Origin: Eledone cirrhosa
Lineage: Eukaryota
Direction: 5' to 3'
Assembly: GCA_964016885.1 (NCBI GenBank)
Contig: OZ024761.1
Coordinates: 4,402,001-4,466,000, forward strand
Length of the DNA: 64,000 nucleotides
A program made the position numbers and the translations under genes. Shown here piece by piece: positions 52,483-64,000 of the stretch; positions within the stretch are counted from its first letter, which is position 1, and each line of letters starts with the position of its first letter. The notes under the pieces are model-generated. The model did no database searches and was not told the DNA's origin. It saw nothing but the letters and a program-made list of their open reading frames with translations.

Positions 52483-54933
52483 ACATAATAGTATGTACTT
52501 ATATAACATTTTAATTGCTTTAAACTGAACATATTTGTATGATAGAATGAGTGACCTTCTCGGACAGGTTGGTACCAAAAGGGACACTCTACTGGCTAAC
52601 GAAACAAATGTTGGGTATTGTACTACATCCCTTCAAAGTTGTGGTTATTTTCAAGAAAAACTAAAGATTTAAACTGTGAAGTTACAAAAAGATGTGGTTA
52701 CAAATAGAGTTAACTGAATGGGGTAGTGGCAGCAGGGGTGGGGGTATTAATAGGAGACCAGGAGGTCCACGGACCAGTATGTCCAAGGAAAAGAAAGATC
52801 AGTGAGTCCAAGGAAGGCAAAGACCTGTATGACCAAGGAAGGGAAAGACCAGTGTGTCCAACGAAGGACCAGTATGTCCAAGGAAAGACCAGTATGACCA
52901 AGGAAGGGAAAGATCAGTGTGACCAAGGAAAGACCAGTATGTCCAAAGAAGGGAAAGACCAATATATCTGTCTCCCCTCTCCATGTCATCTATGGTGTCC
53001 AAGGAAGAGAATGGCATAGGCTTACCAATAGAGCATGAAATAAAGTATCTTGCTCAAGGACACAATGTGCCATCTGGTCTGAGAATCGAGCTGACCACCT
53101 CATTTCCCCCTGCACCCCCAGAGGGTATATTTCAGTTGCTAGCCAGCCATATTGGGCCAGAAAGCCAGGGAACATGAGTAAAAGAGGAGTTTCTTTACAA
53201 AATCAGAACAAGTTAAAAGTAAAATAGAATGTTTAGCATCAATAATGATAATTGAACATGTAATGAATTGATTGATTTCTCTCCTAACCGAAACTAATCA
53301 ATGGCATTAAGGCTGTTGTAGCACAATAGGATGAATGAATAATTGTTTTCTGATTCACTAATTTATCACAAGGTAGACATTGGGTGTTCACCACCACCAC
53401 CACCACCACTGACACTGCCACCATCACAAGGTAGATATTAGGTGTCCACCACCACCACTGACACTGCCACCAACACCACCTCCATCACAAAGTAGATATT
53501 AGATGTCCACCACCACCACCACCACCACTGCCACCATCACAAGGTTTTCTAGTGTGGTCCATAGTAGTGCTGGGGATATATGAAATCCCCAGCACTACTA
53601 TGGACCACACTACAAAACCTAGCAAAAACTACAAACACCAAAAAGTACCATCGAAACAAATGCCTAATGTAATCATTCCTATCACACCAAACAACCGAAA
53701 AACCACAACTATTACTACACGATCTATGACCAATGTTAACAACCCACATATGACTACCAAACATTCAACCTCCCATAATCTACCCAATAACAACACCAAA
53801 TACAACCACTGCAATTTACCAAAATCCACAAATACAAATACTGACCATAGGAACTCTTCTAGAACACAGCACATTAATATAACTGAGAAGAAGAAATTAA
53901 CTAAAAACCGCAAAAGAAACATAACATGGTACAACGCACCCTTCAACCTACAAACTATTGGACAAATCCCCAAAAAATTCTTCAAAATTCTACATAAACA
54001 TTTTCCACCAAACCACAGATACCACCAAATATTTGACAGGTATACTCTTAAATTCTCATACTCTACATCAAACAATCTCCAACTGAAAATAAGCAACTAC
54101 AACATTTATAAATTTAAAAATAATATGACCACACCACCACAACATAATTTAAATAAGACTACATCTCTTAAAAGGACAAACAATACAATTCTTCAACCTG
54201 GAAAACACAACCACCCAAATCACCAACACAAAAACAGCATAACACAAAATCACAATACAACCCTAGCACTAAACCACCCACAAAGCAGCCTTCATTCTCC
54301 TGCTAACATTAATTACAATAAGAACAGCTCAAGGATTAATGAGAACTGTATAGGTACCTCCAACAACCATCTTACGTATGGTTGTAATTGCAGAAATAGA
54401 AGCGCTTGCCCCTTAAATGGCAACTGTTTGATTAATAATGTAATATATAAATGCACTGTGTCTACTACTGACTCCAACAAAACATATATAGGATCTACAT
54501 CGAACACATTTAAGAAAAGATATAACGCACACTCCAGTAGCTTTAACAATACTAAGCTAACTAACACCACATCTTTAGCTGAAGCAGTAAATGAATATAA
54601 AAAGAAAGGAATAGATTTCAAACTATCGTGGAATACCATTCTACAAAGAACTCCATATCTTGGGAACAGGAGAGAATGCAGATTATGTTCCGGTGAGATC
54701 TTGGAAATTACTAAATCTAAAGACGATTTATTGAATAAACGACAAGAACTGATTATAGTTTGTAATCACCATATACAAAAAACATTTAAATACTATAAAC
54801 TTAACTAAACATTCTAGATAACAGCTCACTATAGTTCTATGTGATGAACCTTTTTATTAATATCCCTTTCTCCTAAAATCTTTTAACCTTTTAATTTTTT
54901 AGCTTCCATAGATTCATGTGTTACTGACTATTC

Positions 54934-55124
54934 GGGGCGGTGGATTGGCAGTATCGGTAGAGGGTCGGACGCCATGCTTTCCAGCATAGTTACGTCCCTT
55001 TACGATCTGAGTTCAAATCCCGCCGAGGTTGACTTTGCCTTTCATCCTTACGGGGTCGATAAAATAAAGTACCAGTAATGCACTGGGTAATTGCTGGCCT
55101 TGTGCCTAAAGTAGAAACAATTAT
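54934..55124 (+). mobile_element. tRNA-derived SINE inserted in the Penelope-like 3' region
   Basis: Near-identical to 47222-47410. Confidence 0.9.
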
Positions 55125-55548
55125 ATTATATTAATATATTATTGTATTTAATTATCTTATTATAATTTTAATATTTTAATATACTATCCTTCCTAATTAT
55201 GACAATTAACTTACCTATCTATATTTATTCTAATTATTTCCGTATATCTCATATCTCTCTATTTATATTCACCTAAAAAATTCCATTCAACACAACTCAA
55301 CATACAACATTTTTTTAAATTTCACTACACCAACTGCAATCCACTATTAATACAATCCCCTTTCTCTATAAGTAATTCTATTTTTAACATCTTTCAACCA
55401 TTCCTTTAAAAAGGTTGTGACCTTAGCTAGAGTGGGTTTTATTTCGTCTTAACATCATTTGACAAAATACCATTTGATTGGTTTATTCTTTGGCAGCCTC
55501 CAAATAAGGTCACTAAACCCAATTTACTACTGATATTGAATAATATTC

Positions 55549-55692
55549 TCATTGCTTTTGACAACGGCTGATGATATACAAGTAGGTAAATATTCTCCTT
55601 ATCTGATATTTTATAACTAACCTTACATAGATTGATAACAAAATATACGTACAATGTATTATTATCACCTAGAAACGATCGTAAAGCAGTGA
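55549..55692 (+). ncRNA. type I hammerhead motif with U3-A8 core and about 107-nt stem II
   Basis: TCATTGCTT-TTGACAA-(GG c TGATGATATACA...TGTATTATTATCA CC)-GAA-ACGATCGT (palindrome)-A-AAGCAGTGA; 9-bp stem I, GUA triplet. Confidence 0.7.
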
Positions 55693-56019
55693 AGTATTTT
55701 CCTAATGACTTGAATTTTTATTTCATTGTTTTAACTTATATCATGACTCTGTTTTCCTTTTGATGATTTTTTAGTTTTCCGGGATTTATTTTAACCCACA
55801 ACATTATCAACATATGGATTAAATTGAGTTCTTCATGCAGACTAGACCCCACAACTGTGGATATTTCTGTGTAGATAGATATATAGATAGGTTAAGTAAG
55901 AGAGCAAGTAAAAGCAGGAGAGATAAGAGTGAGCAGAGACAGGGGTGGGTGAGAGAGGGAGAGAGAGAAGGAAAGAGATACATCTATAAAGAGAAACACA
56001 TTGACTTAACACTGTAGAT

Positions 56020-56570
56020 TGGAGGGGGGGGGGTAAGAAGAGAATTAGAGGTAAAGAGAAGAGGATATTTAGACAGAGGGAAAGAGAACAGAAGGAGTGT
56101 AAGAGAGAGAGGGAGAAAAGAGAGAAAAGGAGAGGGAGTAAAGAGAGAAAAGGAGAGAAAAGGAGAGGGAGTAAAGAGAGAAAAGGAGAGAAAAGGAGAG
56201 GGAGTAAAGAGAGAAAAGGAGAGAGGGAGGGGGAGTAAAGAGAGAAAAGGAGAGAGGGAGGGGGAGTAAAGAGAGAGAAAAGGAGAGAAGGAAGGGGAGT
56301 ACAGAGAGAGAAAAGGAGAGCGGGAGTAGGAGTAATGAGAGAGAAAATGAGAGGGAGGGGGAGTAATGAGAGAGAAAATGAGAGGGAGGGGCTGTAATAA
56401 GAGAGAAAAAGAGAGAGGAAGGGGGAGTGATAAGAGAGAAAAGGAGAGGGGAGTAAAGAGAGAGAAAAGGAGAGGGAGTAAAGAGAGAGAAAAGGAGAGG
56501 GAGTAAAGAGAGAGAAAAGGGGAGGGTGAGGGGGAGTAAAGAGAGAGAAAAGGGGAGGTGGAGGGGGAGT

Positions 56571-56600
<30 letters not shown>
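56020..56600. repeat. purine-rich (GA) degenerate tandem repeat
   Basis: GAGAGAAAAGGAGAGGGAGTAAA-type units. Confidence 0.9.
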
Positions 56601-56601
<1 letters not shown>

Positions 56602-56915
56602 ATGTGAAAGAATTTGTAGATGAGGTGGGAAGTGTTTGTGAGTTGTCCATCAAGAAAGTATGGAACAAAAGAAGATGAAAGCCAGAAGACAGTATTGATA
56701 TAATAAATTGTCATTTAATCAGGGTGTCTGTTGGTGCAACAAATGTCTGGCAGAATCGGTAGAGCATCCGACAGAATGCAATTGAGGTGTTTCTTACAAG
56801 CTCTCCAGGTTCTGTGTTGAAATACTGTCAAAGTCAACTTTCATGCTTCTCTGCGTGTTGCCCTGCCCTCCCAAATTTGCTGGCCTTGTGTGTAAATCAG
56901 AAATAAGTAGGATCA

Positions 56916-59900
56916 TTAACCCTTTAGCATTTAAACCGGCCCTATCCGGCCAGGATTTTCTCAACTCTTTCTGTTCAAACTGGCTGTAACCGACCACTCA
57001 TACTTATGTTAAGATATTGTTCTCAAAATAAGTAATATCAAAATCTCGTAGATTCGATATTATGTGAGATATTTATGTGAGGTAAAGCCTTTACTGTGAA
57101 AATACAATAGTATATATAGAGTAATGTAAATGTTATGTGAGATATTATGTGAGGTAAAGCCTTTACTGTGAAAATACAATAGTATATATAGAGTAATGTA
57201 AATGGTATGTGAGATATTATGTGAGGTAAAGCCTTTACTGTGAAAATACAATAGTATATATAGAGTAATGTAAATGTTATGTGAGATATTATGTGAGGTA
57301 AAGCCTTTACTGTGAAAATACAATAGTATATATAGAGTAATGTAAATGGTATGTGAGATATTATGTGAGGTAAAGCCTTTACTGTGAAAATACAATAGTA
57401 TATATAGAGTAATGTAAATGTTATGTGAGATATTATGTGAGGTAAAGCCTTTACTGTGAAAATACAATAGTATATATAGAGTAATGTAAATGTTATGTGA
57501 GATATTATGTGAGGTAAAGCCTTTACTGTGAAAATACAATAGTATATATAGAGTAATGTAAATGTTATGTGAGATATTATGTGAGGTAAAGCCTTTACTG
57601 TGAAAATACAATAGTATATATAGAGTAATGTAAATGTTATGTGAGATATTATGTGAGGTAAAGCCTTTACTGTGAAAATACAATAGTATATATAGAGTAA
57701 TGTAAATGTTATGTGAGATATTATGTGAGGGAAAGTCTTTACTGTGAAAATACAATAGTATATATAGAGTAATGTAAATGTTATGTGAGATATTATGTGA
57801 GATAAAGCTTTTACTGTGAAAATATAATAGTATATATATAGAGCAATGTAAATGTTATGTGAGATATTATGTGAAGTAAAGCCTTTACTGTGAAAATACA
57901 ATAGTATATATAGAATAATGTAAATGTTATGTGAGATATTATGTGAGGTAAAGTGTTTACTGTGAAAATATAATAGTATATATGGAGGCACATGGCTTAG
58001 TGGTTAGAGCATTGGCCTTGCAATCGAAAGGTTGTGAGTTCAATTCTCAGACCGGGTGATGTGTTGTTTCCTTGAGCAAGACACTTTATTTCACATTGCT
58101 CCAGTTTACTCAGCTGTAGAAATGAGATGATAGGGACTGGGGTCCATATCATTCCACTGCAAAGTGGTCATGCAGGTGACACGGCAAAAAAGCACCCAGC
58201 ACTCACTGTAAATGAGGTTGGTGTTAGGAAGGGCATCCAGCTGTAGAAATCAAGCCAAAAATCAGTTCCCGTCCCACCCTTGCAAGCAGGGAAAAAGCGG
58301 ACGTAAAATGAAATGATGATGAAAAAAATGATATAGAGTAATATATATGTTATGTGAGATATTATGTGAGGTAAAGTGTTTACTGTGAAAATACAATAGT
58401 ATATATAGAGTAATGTAAATGTTATGTGAGATATTATGTGAGGTAAAACCTTTAATGTGAAATACAATAGTATATATAGAGTAATGTAAATGTTATGTGA
58501 GATATTATGTGAGGTAAAGCCTTTAATGTGAAATACAATAGTATATATAGAGTAATGTAAATGTTATGTGAGATATTATGTGAGGTAAAGCCTTTAATGT
58601 GAAATACAATAGTATATATAGAGTAATGTAAATGTTATGTGAGATATTATGTGAGGTAAAGCTTTTACTGTGAAATACAATAGTATATAGAGAGTAATGT
58701 AAATGTTATGTGAGATATTATGTGAGGTAAAGCCTTTACTGTGACAATACAATAGTATATAGAGAGTAATGTAAATGTTATGTGAGATATTATGTGAGGT
58801 AAAGCCTTTAATGTGAAATACAATAGTATATATAGAGTAATGTAAATGTTATGTGAGATATTATCTGAGGTAAAGCCTTTACTGTGAAAATACAATAGTA
58901 TATATAGAGTAATGTAAATGTTATGTGAGATATTATGTGAGGTAAAGCCTTTACTGTGAAAATACAATAGTATATATAGAGTAATGTAAATGTTATGTGA
59001 GATATTATGTGAGATAAAGCTTTTACTGTGAAAATATAATAGTATATATAGAGCAATGTAAATGTTATGTGAGATATTATGTGAAGTAAAGCCTTTACTG
59101 TGAAAATACAATAGTATATATAGAATAATGTAAATGTTATGTGAGATATTATGTGAGGTAAAGTGTTTACTGTGAAAATATAATAGTATATATGGAGGCA
59201 CATGGCTTAGTGGTTAGAGCATTGGCCTTGCAATCGAAAGGTTGTGAGTTCAATTCTCAGACCGGGTGATGTGTTGTTTCCTTGAGCAAGACACTTTATT
59301 TCACATTGCTCCAGTTTACTCAGCTGTAGAAATGAGATGATAGGGACTGGGGTCCATATCATTCCACTGCAAAGTGGTCATGCAGGTGACACGGCAAAAA
59401 AGCACCCAGCACTCACTGTAAATGAGGTTGGTGTTAGGAAGGGCATCCAGCTGTAGAAATCAAGCCAAAAATCAGTTCCCGTCCCACCCTTGCAAGCAGG
59501 GAAAAAGCGGACGTAAAATGAAATGATGATGAAAAAAATGATATAGAGTAATATATATGTTATGTGAGATATTATGTAAGGTAAAGTGTTTACTGTGAAA
59601 ATACAATAGTATATATAGAGTAATGTAAATGTTATGTGAGATATTATGTGAGGTAAAGCCTTTAATGTGAAATACAATAGTATATATAGAGTAATGTAAA
59701 TGTTATGTGAGATATTATGTGAGGTAAAGCCTTTACTGTGAAAATACAATAGTATATATAGAGTAATGTAAATATTATGTGAGATATTATGTGAGGTAAA
59801 GCCTTTAATGTGAAATACAATAGTATATATAGAGTAATGTAAATGTTATGTGAGATATTATGTGAGGTAAAGCCTTTAATGTGAAATACAATAGTATATA

Positions 59901-60429
59901 TAGAGTAATGTAAATGTTATGTGAGATATTATGTGAGGTAAAGCTTTTACTGTGAAATACAATAGTATATAGAGAGTAATGTAAATGTTATGTGAGATAT
60001 TATGTGAGGTAAAGCCTTTACTGTGACAATACAATAGTATATAGAGAGTAATGTAAATGTTATGTGAGATATTATGTGAGGTAAAGCCTTTAATGTGAAA
60101 TACAATAGTATATATAGAGTAATGTAAATGTTATGTGAGATATTATCTGAGGTAAAGCCTTTACTGTGAAAATACAATAGTATATATAGAGTAATGTAAA
60201 TGTTATGTGAGATATTATGTGAGGTAAAGCCTTTACTGTGAAAATACAATAGTATATATAGAGTAATGTAAATGTTATGTGAGATATTATGTGAGGTAAA
60301 GCCTTTACTGTGAAAATACAATAGTATATATAGAGTAATGTAAATGTTATGTGAGATATTATGTGAGGTAAAGCCTTTACTGTGAAATACAATAGTATAT
60401 ATAGAGTAATGTAAATTCTAAAGGGTTAA
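56916..60429 (-). mobile_element. piggyBac-type MITE expanded to 3.5 kb: 72-bp array with two identical SINE copies (57984-58322, 59194-59532)
   Basis: TTAA-CCCTTTAGCATTTA ... TAAATTCTAAAGGG-TTAA; the SINE copies are 1210 bp apart with identical flanks. Confidence 0.9.
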
Positions 60430-60914
60430 AGAGTTGGCCAAATCCTTAGCAGGATTCTGGGTCTTTACTTCACCGAGGTCAACTTTGCGTTTTATCTTAC
60501 CAAAGGTCAATAAAATAAAATACCAGTCATGGAAGGGGGAGAATCTCATCAATTTTTCCTTTCCTCCTTCTTCCAAAATTGCTGGCCTTGTGCTGAAATT
60601 AGAGTGGTTGATTGCCAGAGTCAGTAGAACGACAATCAAAAGCTGGGCTGTATTTGTTCAAACCCCACCAAGGTCAACTTTGCCTTTCACCATTCTGAGG
60701 ACGATAAAATAAAGTACCAGTGAAACAATGGAGTCTACAGAGTTGATTTTTTTCCCTGTCCCTCAAAAGTGCAGCCCTTGTGCTAAATTACAAACCTTTA
60801 TTGCTGTTACACAATACAAGAGTTTTGGCCAGTATAAGTACACTTGTTTCAGAGCACAATCCATGGTCTAGATCAGGTATGGGTGACATATTTCAAGCAG
60901 TGGACAGCATATCC

Positions 60915-62565
60915 TATAAAGTGGTAGTGTTGGTGTCATGATAACATACACCCAGTACACTCTGTAATGTGGTAGTGTTGGTGTCATGATAACATGCACC
61001 CAGTACACTCTGTAAAGTGGTAGTGTTGGTGTCATAATATAATGCACCCAGTACACTCTGTAAAGTGGTAGTGTTAGTGTCATGGTAACATACACCCAGT
61101 ACACTCTGTAAGGTGGTAGTGCTGGTATTGATAAAATATACCTAGTACACTCTGTAAAGTGGTAGTGCTGGTATTGATAAAATACACCCAGTACACTCTG
61201 TAAAGTGGTAGTGCTGGTGTCACAATAAAATACACCCAGTACACTCTGTAAAGTGGTAGTCCTGATGTCATGATAAAATACACCTAGTACACTCTGTAAG
61301 GTGGTAGTGTTGGTGTCATGATAAAATACACCTAGTACACTCTGTAAGGTGGTAGTGTTGGTGTCATGATAAAATACACCTAGTACACTCTGTAAGGTGG
61401 TAGTGTAGGTGTCATGATAAAATATACCCAGTACACTCTGTAAAGTTTTAGTGTTGGTGTCATGATAAAATACACCTAGTACACTCTGTAAGGTGGTAGT
61501 GTTGGTGTCATGATAAAATACACCTAGTACACTCTGTAAGGTGGTAGTGCTGGTGTCATGATAAAATACACACAGTACACTCTGTAAAGTGGTAGTGTTG
61601 GTGTCATGATAAAATACACCTAGTACAGTCTGTAAGGTGGTAGTACTGGTATTGATAAAATACACCCAGTACACTCTGTAAAGTGGTAGTACTGGTATTG
61701 ATAAAATACACCTAGTACAGTCTGTAAAGTGGTAGTGCTGGTGTCACAATAAAATACACCCAGTACACTCTGTAAGGTGGTAGTCCTGGTGTCATGATAA
61801 AATACACCCAGTACACTCTGTAAAGTGGTAGTGTTGGTGTCAAGATAAAATACCCCCAGTACACTCTGTAAAGTGGTAGTGTTGGTGTCATGATAAAATA
61901 CACCCAGTACACTCTGTAAGGTGGTAGTGTTGGTGTCATGATAAAATACACCCAGTACACTCTGTAAGGTGGTAGTGTTGGTGTCATGATAAAATACACC
62001 CAGTACACTCTGTAAAGTGGTAGTGTTGGTGTCATGATAAAATACACCTAGTACACTCTGTAAGGTGGTAGTGTTGGTGTCATAATAAAATACACCCAGT
62101 ACACTCTGTAAGGTGGTAGTGTTGGTGTCATGATAAAATACACCCAGTACACTCTGTAAGGTGGTAGTGCTGGTGTCATGATAAAATACACCCAGTACAC
62201 TCTGTAAGGTGGTAGTGTTGGTGTCATAATAAAATACACCCAGTACACTCTGTAAAGTGGTAGTGCTGGTATTGATAAAATACACCTAGTACACTCTGTA
62301 AAGTGGTAGTACTGGTATTGATAAAATACACCTAGTACACTCTGTAAGGTGGTAGTGTTGGTGTCATGGTAACACACACCCAGTACACTCTGTAAAGTAG
62401 TAGTGTTCGTGTCATGATAAAATACACCCAGTACACTCTGTAAGGTGGTAGTGTTGGTGTCATGATAAAATACATCCAGTACACTCTGTAAGGTGGTAGT
62501 GCTGGTGTCATAATAAAATGCTGTAAAGTGGTTGGTATTAGAAGGGACATCCAGCTGTAGAAACA
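60915..62565 (-). repeat. 48/45-bp minisatellite ending in the SINE/LINE tail motif
   Basis: The array runs into GTAAAGTGGTTGGTATTAGAAGGGACATCCAGCTGTAGAAA. Confidence 0.95.
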
Positions 62566-62920
62566 ACAATATAGAACATATTAGATGTGGTCATGTGACC
62601 AGGCCTGTCAGCCTCAGAACATATCTAACAGATGAACATGTTACATGATTACATTATATATATATCGGTAGAGGGTCGGACGCCATGCTTTGACGGATGG
62701 AGTTATGGGCCTTGCCATTCTGATTTCAAATCCCGCCGAGGTTAACTTTGCCTTTCATCCTTACAGGGTCGATAAAATAAAGTACCAGTAATGTACTGGG
62801 TATTTGCTGGCCTTGTGCCAATAGTAGAAACAATTATTTATATATATATATATACTACACACACACATATATATACATATATGTATATATACACACATTT
62901 ATATATATACATATATGTAT

Positions 62921-63244
62921 GGAGTCACATGGCTTAGTGGTTAGAGCATTGGGCTTGCAATCGAAAGGTTGTGAGTTCAGTTCTCAGACCGGGTGATGTG
63001 TTGTTTCCTAGAGCAAGACACTTTATTTCACATTACTCCAGTTTACTCAGCTGTAGAAATGAGATGATAGGGACTGGGGTCCATATCATTCCACTGCAAA
63101 GTGGTCGTGGAGGTGCCACGGCAAAAAAGCACCCAGCACTCACTGTAAATGAGGTTGGTGTTAGGAAGGGTATCCAGCTGTAGAAATCTAGCCAGAATCA
63201 GTTCCCGTCCCACCCTTGCAAGCAGGGAAAAGCGAACGTAAATG
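62921..63244 (+). mobile_element. tRNA-derived SINE with RTE tail
   Basis: Same family as 57984-58322. Confidence 0.9.
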
Positions 63245-63247
63245 ACG

Positions 63248-63622
63248 AGGTCTCCAAAGCGATGGGGACGCAGAGAAACTGTTCGTACGGCTGTTAGCAA
63301 CACTGTTGTGATTGGTGCTTCCTTCACTCCCAAACAAGTATGCGCGCGCTTCGCTGGGATGCTGAATCTTGGCTTGGCAGCCGTTGAGAATGGAGCTCCC
63401 GTTGAACGCTACCGCAGCCAAGTGCGAATTTCGCGCAGTTATTATATAGAGGGCAATCCCAAAAGTAAGGTCTCCTTCTAAGGAAAACATGCGTAAAGAT
63501 TGGCGGATCACTCTGGATGCTCTCTGCATTTTGGTTCCTGAGGTTTCCCGAAGCACCATCCACAGGATTTTAACGGAAGAGTTGCAATATCGGAAGGAGA
63601 CCTTACTTTTGGGATTGCCCTC

Positions 63623-63625
<3 letters not shown>
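63248..63625 (+). mobile_element. rearranged mariner remnants
   Basis: MELPLNATAAKCEFRAVI (transposase N-terminus), then 30-bp TIRs GAGGGCAATCCCAAAAGTAAGGTCTCCTTC (63449-63478 and 63593-63622) around DWRITLDAL..VSRSTIHRILTEELQYRK; TA flanks. Confidence 0.85.
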
Positions 63626-63665
<40 letters not shown>

Positions 63666-63710
63666 ATATATTAACCATCTAACATGTCAGGGTATGTCAT
63701 GTATCATTTT

Positions 63711-63776
63711 ATTTTATTTGATGAGGACGTACTGTTGAACTTGATTCAAGTACCTCTGAAATATGTATAATAAAAT
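63711..63776 (+). ncRNA. type I hammerhead motif (U3 with G8)
   Basis: ATTTTAT-TTGATGA-GGA c GTAC tg TTGAA cttga TTCAA GTAC c TCT-GAA-ATATGTAT-A-ATAAAAT, overlapping AATAAA, between microsatellites. Confidence 0.6.
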
Positions 63777-64000
63777 TTAATTGATCACAAGAACATCTAT
63801 TTTGTTAATATTTGAATTTAATATATATAGATAGATAGATATAGATATATAGATAGATATGTTTCTTTGGATAGATAGATAGATAGATATATAGATAGAT
63901 TTCTTTATTAGCCACAAGGGCGCAACAAGAAAAGGGGACAATACAAAGACATGCCGGGGATTTTACATACAGTCGTGTAAAAAATATAAAAACAAACAAT

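Larger units (their letters stand above)
53542..55800 (+). mobile_element. 5'-truncated Penelope-like element with intact GIY-YIG ORF (53552-54808), 5' hairpin, and 3' region containing a SINE and a hammerhead
   Basis: RKRNITWYNAPF..KFSYS..CNCR..CPLNGNCL..VIY..YIG..FKKRYNAH..CRLC..LLNKRQE..CNH; no RT motifs in the ORF. Confidence 0.85.

Noticed and set aside
57984-58055. tRNA gene
   Set aside because: tRNA-like head of a multi-copy SINE that continues into the core and tail; the same applies to all copies.

Overview
AT-rich, repeat-dominated animal genomic DNA. The SINE, LINE and microsatellite repertoire suggests an octopus or other cephalopod (inference). The only host gene I can support is an unc-119 homolog on the minus strand. 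Three in-phase GT-AG coding exons lie at 5847-5734, 3115-2995 and 257-85; the last exon lies left of the window and I could not find the first coding exon. The rest is intronic or upstream DNA containing tRNA-derived SINEs, RTE, Tx1 and CRE-type LINE fragments, two Penelope-like (GIY-YIG) elements, mariner and Helitron-like remnants, TTAA-bounded piggyBac-type MITEs and many minisatellites. Most long ORFs in the track are tandem-repeat artefacts. The most striking unexplained structure is a set of about a dozen unrelated short elements, densest at 12.8-26.4 kb. They carry type I hammerhead-ribozyme motifs (stem I-CUGANGA-stem II-GAAA-short, often palindromic stem III-NUH-stem I). Many form long fold-back palindromes, are followed by AATAAA and abut (TA)n tracts, and three carry the compensatory U3-A8 core. 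Many minisatellites are tandem amplifications of short internal pieces of transposons. All RNA structures were paired by eye, not computed, and no activity is demonstrated.
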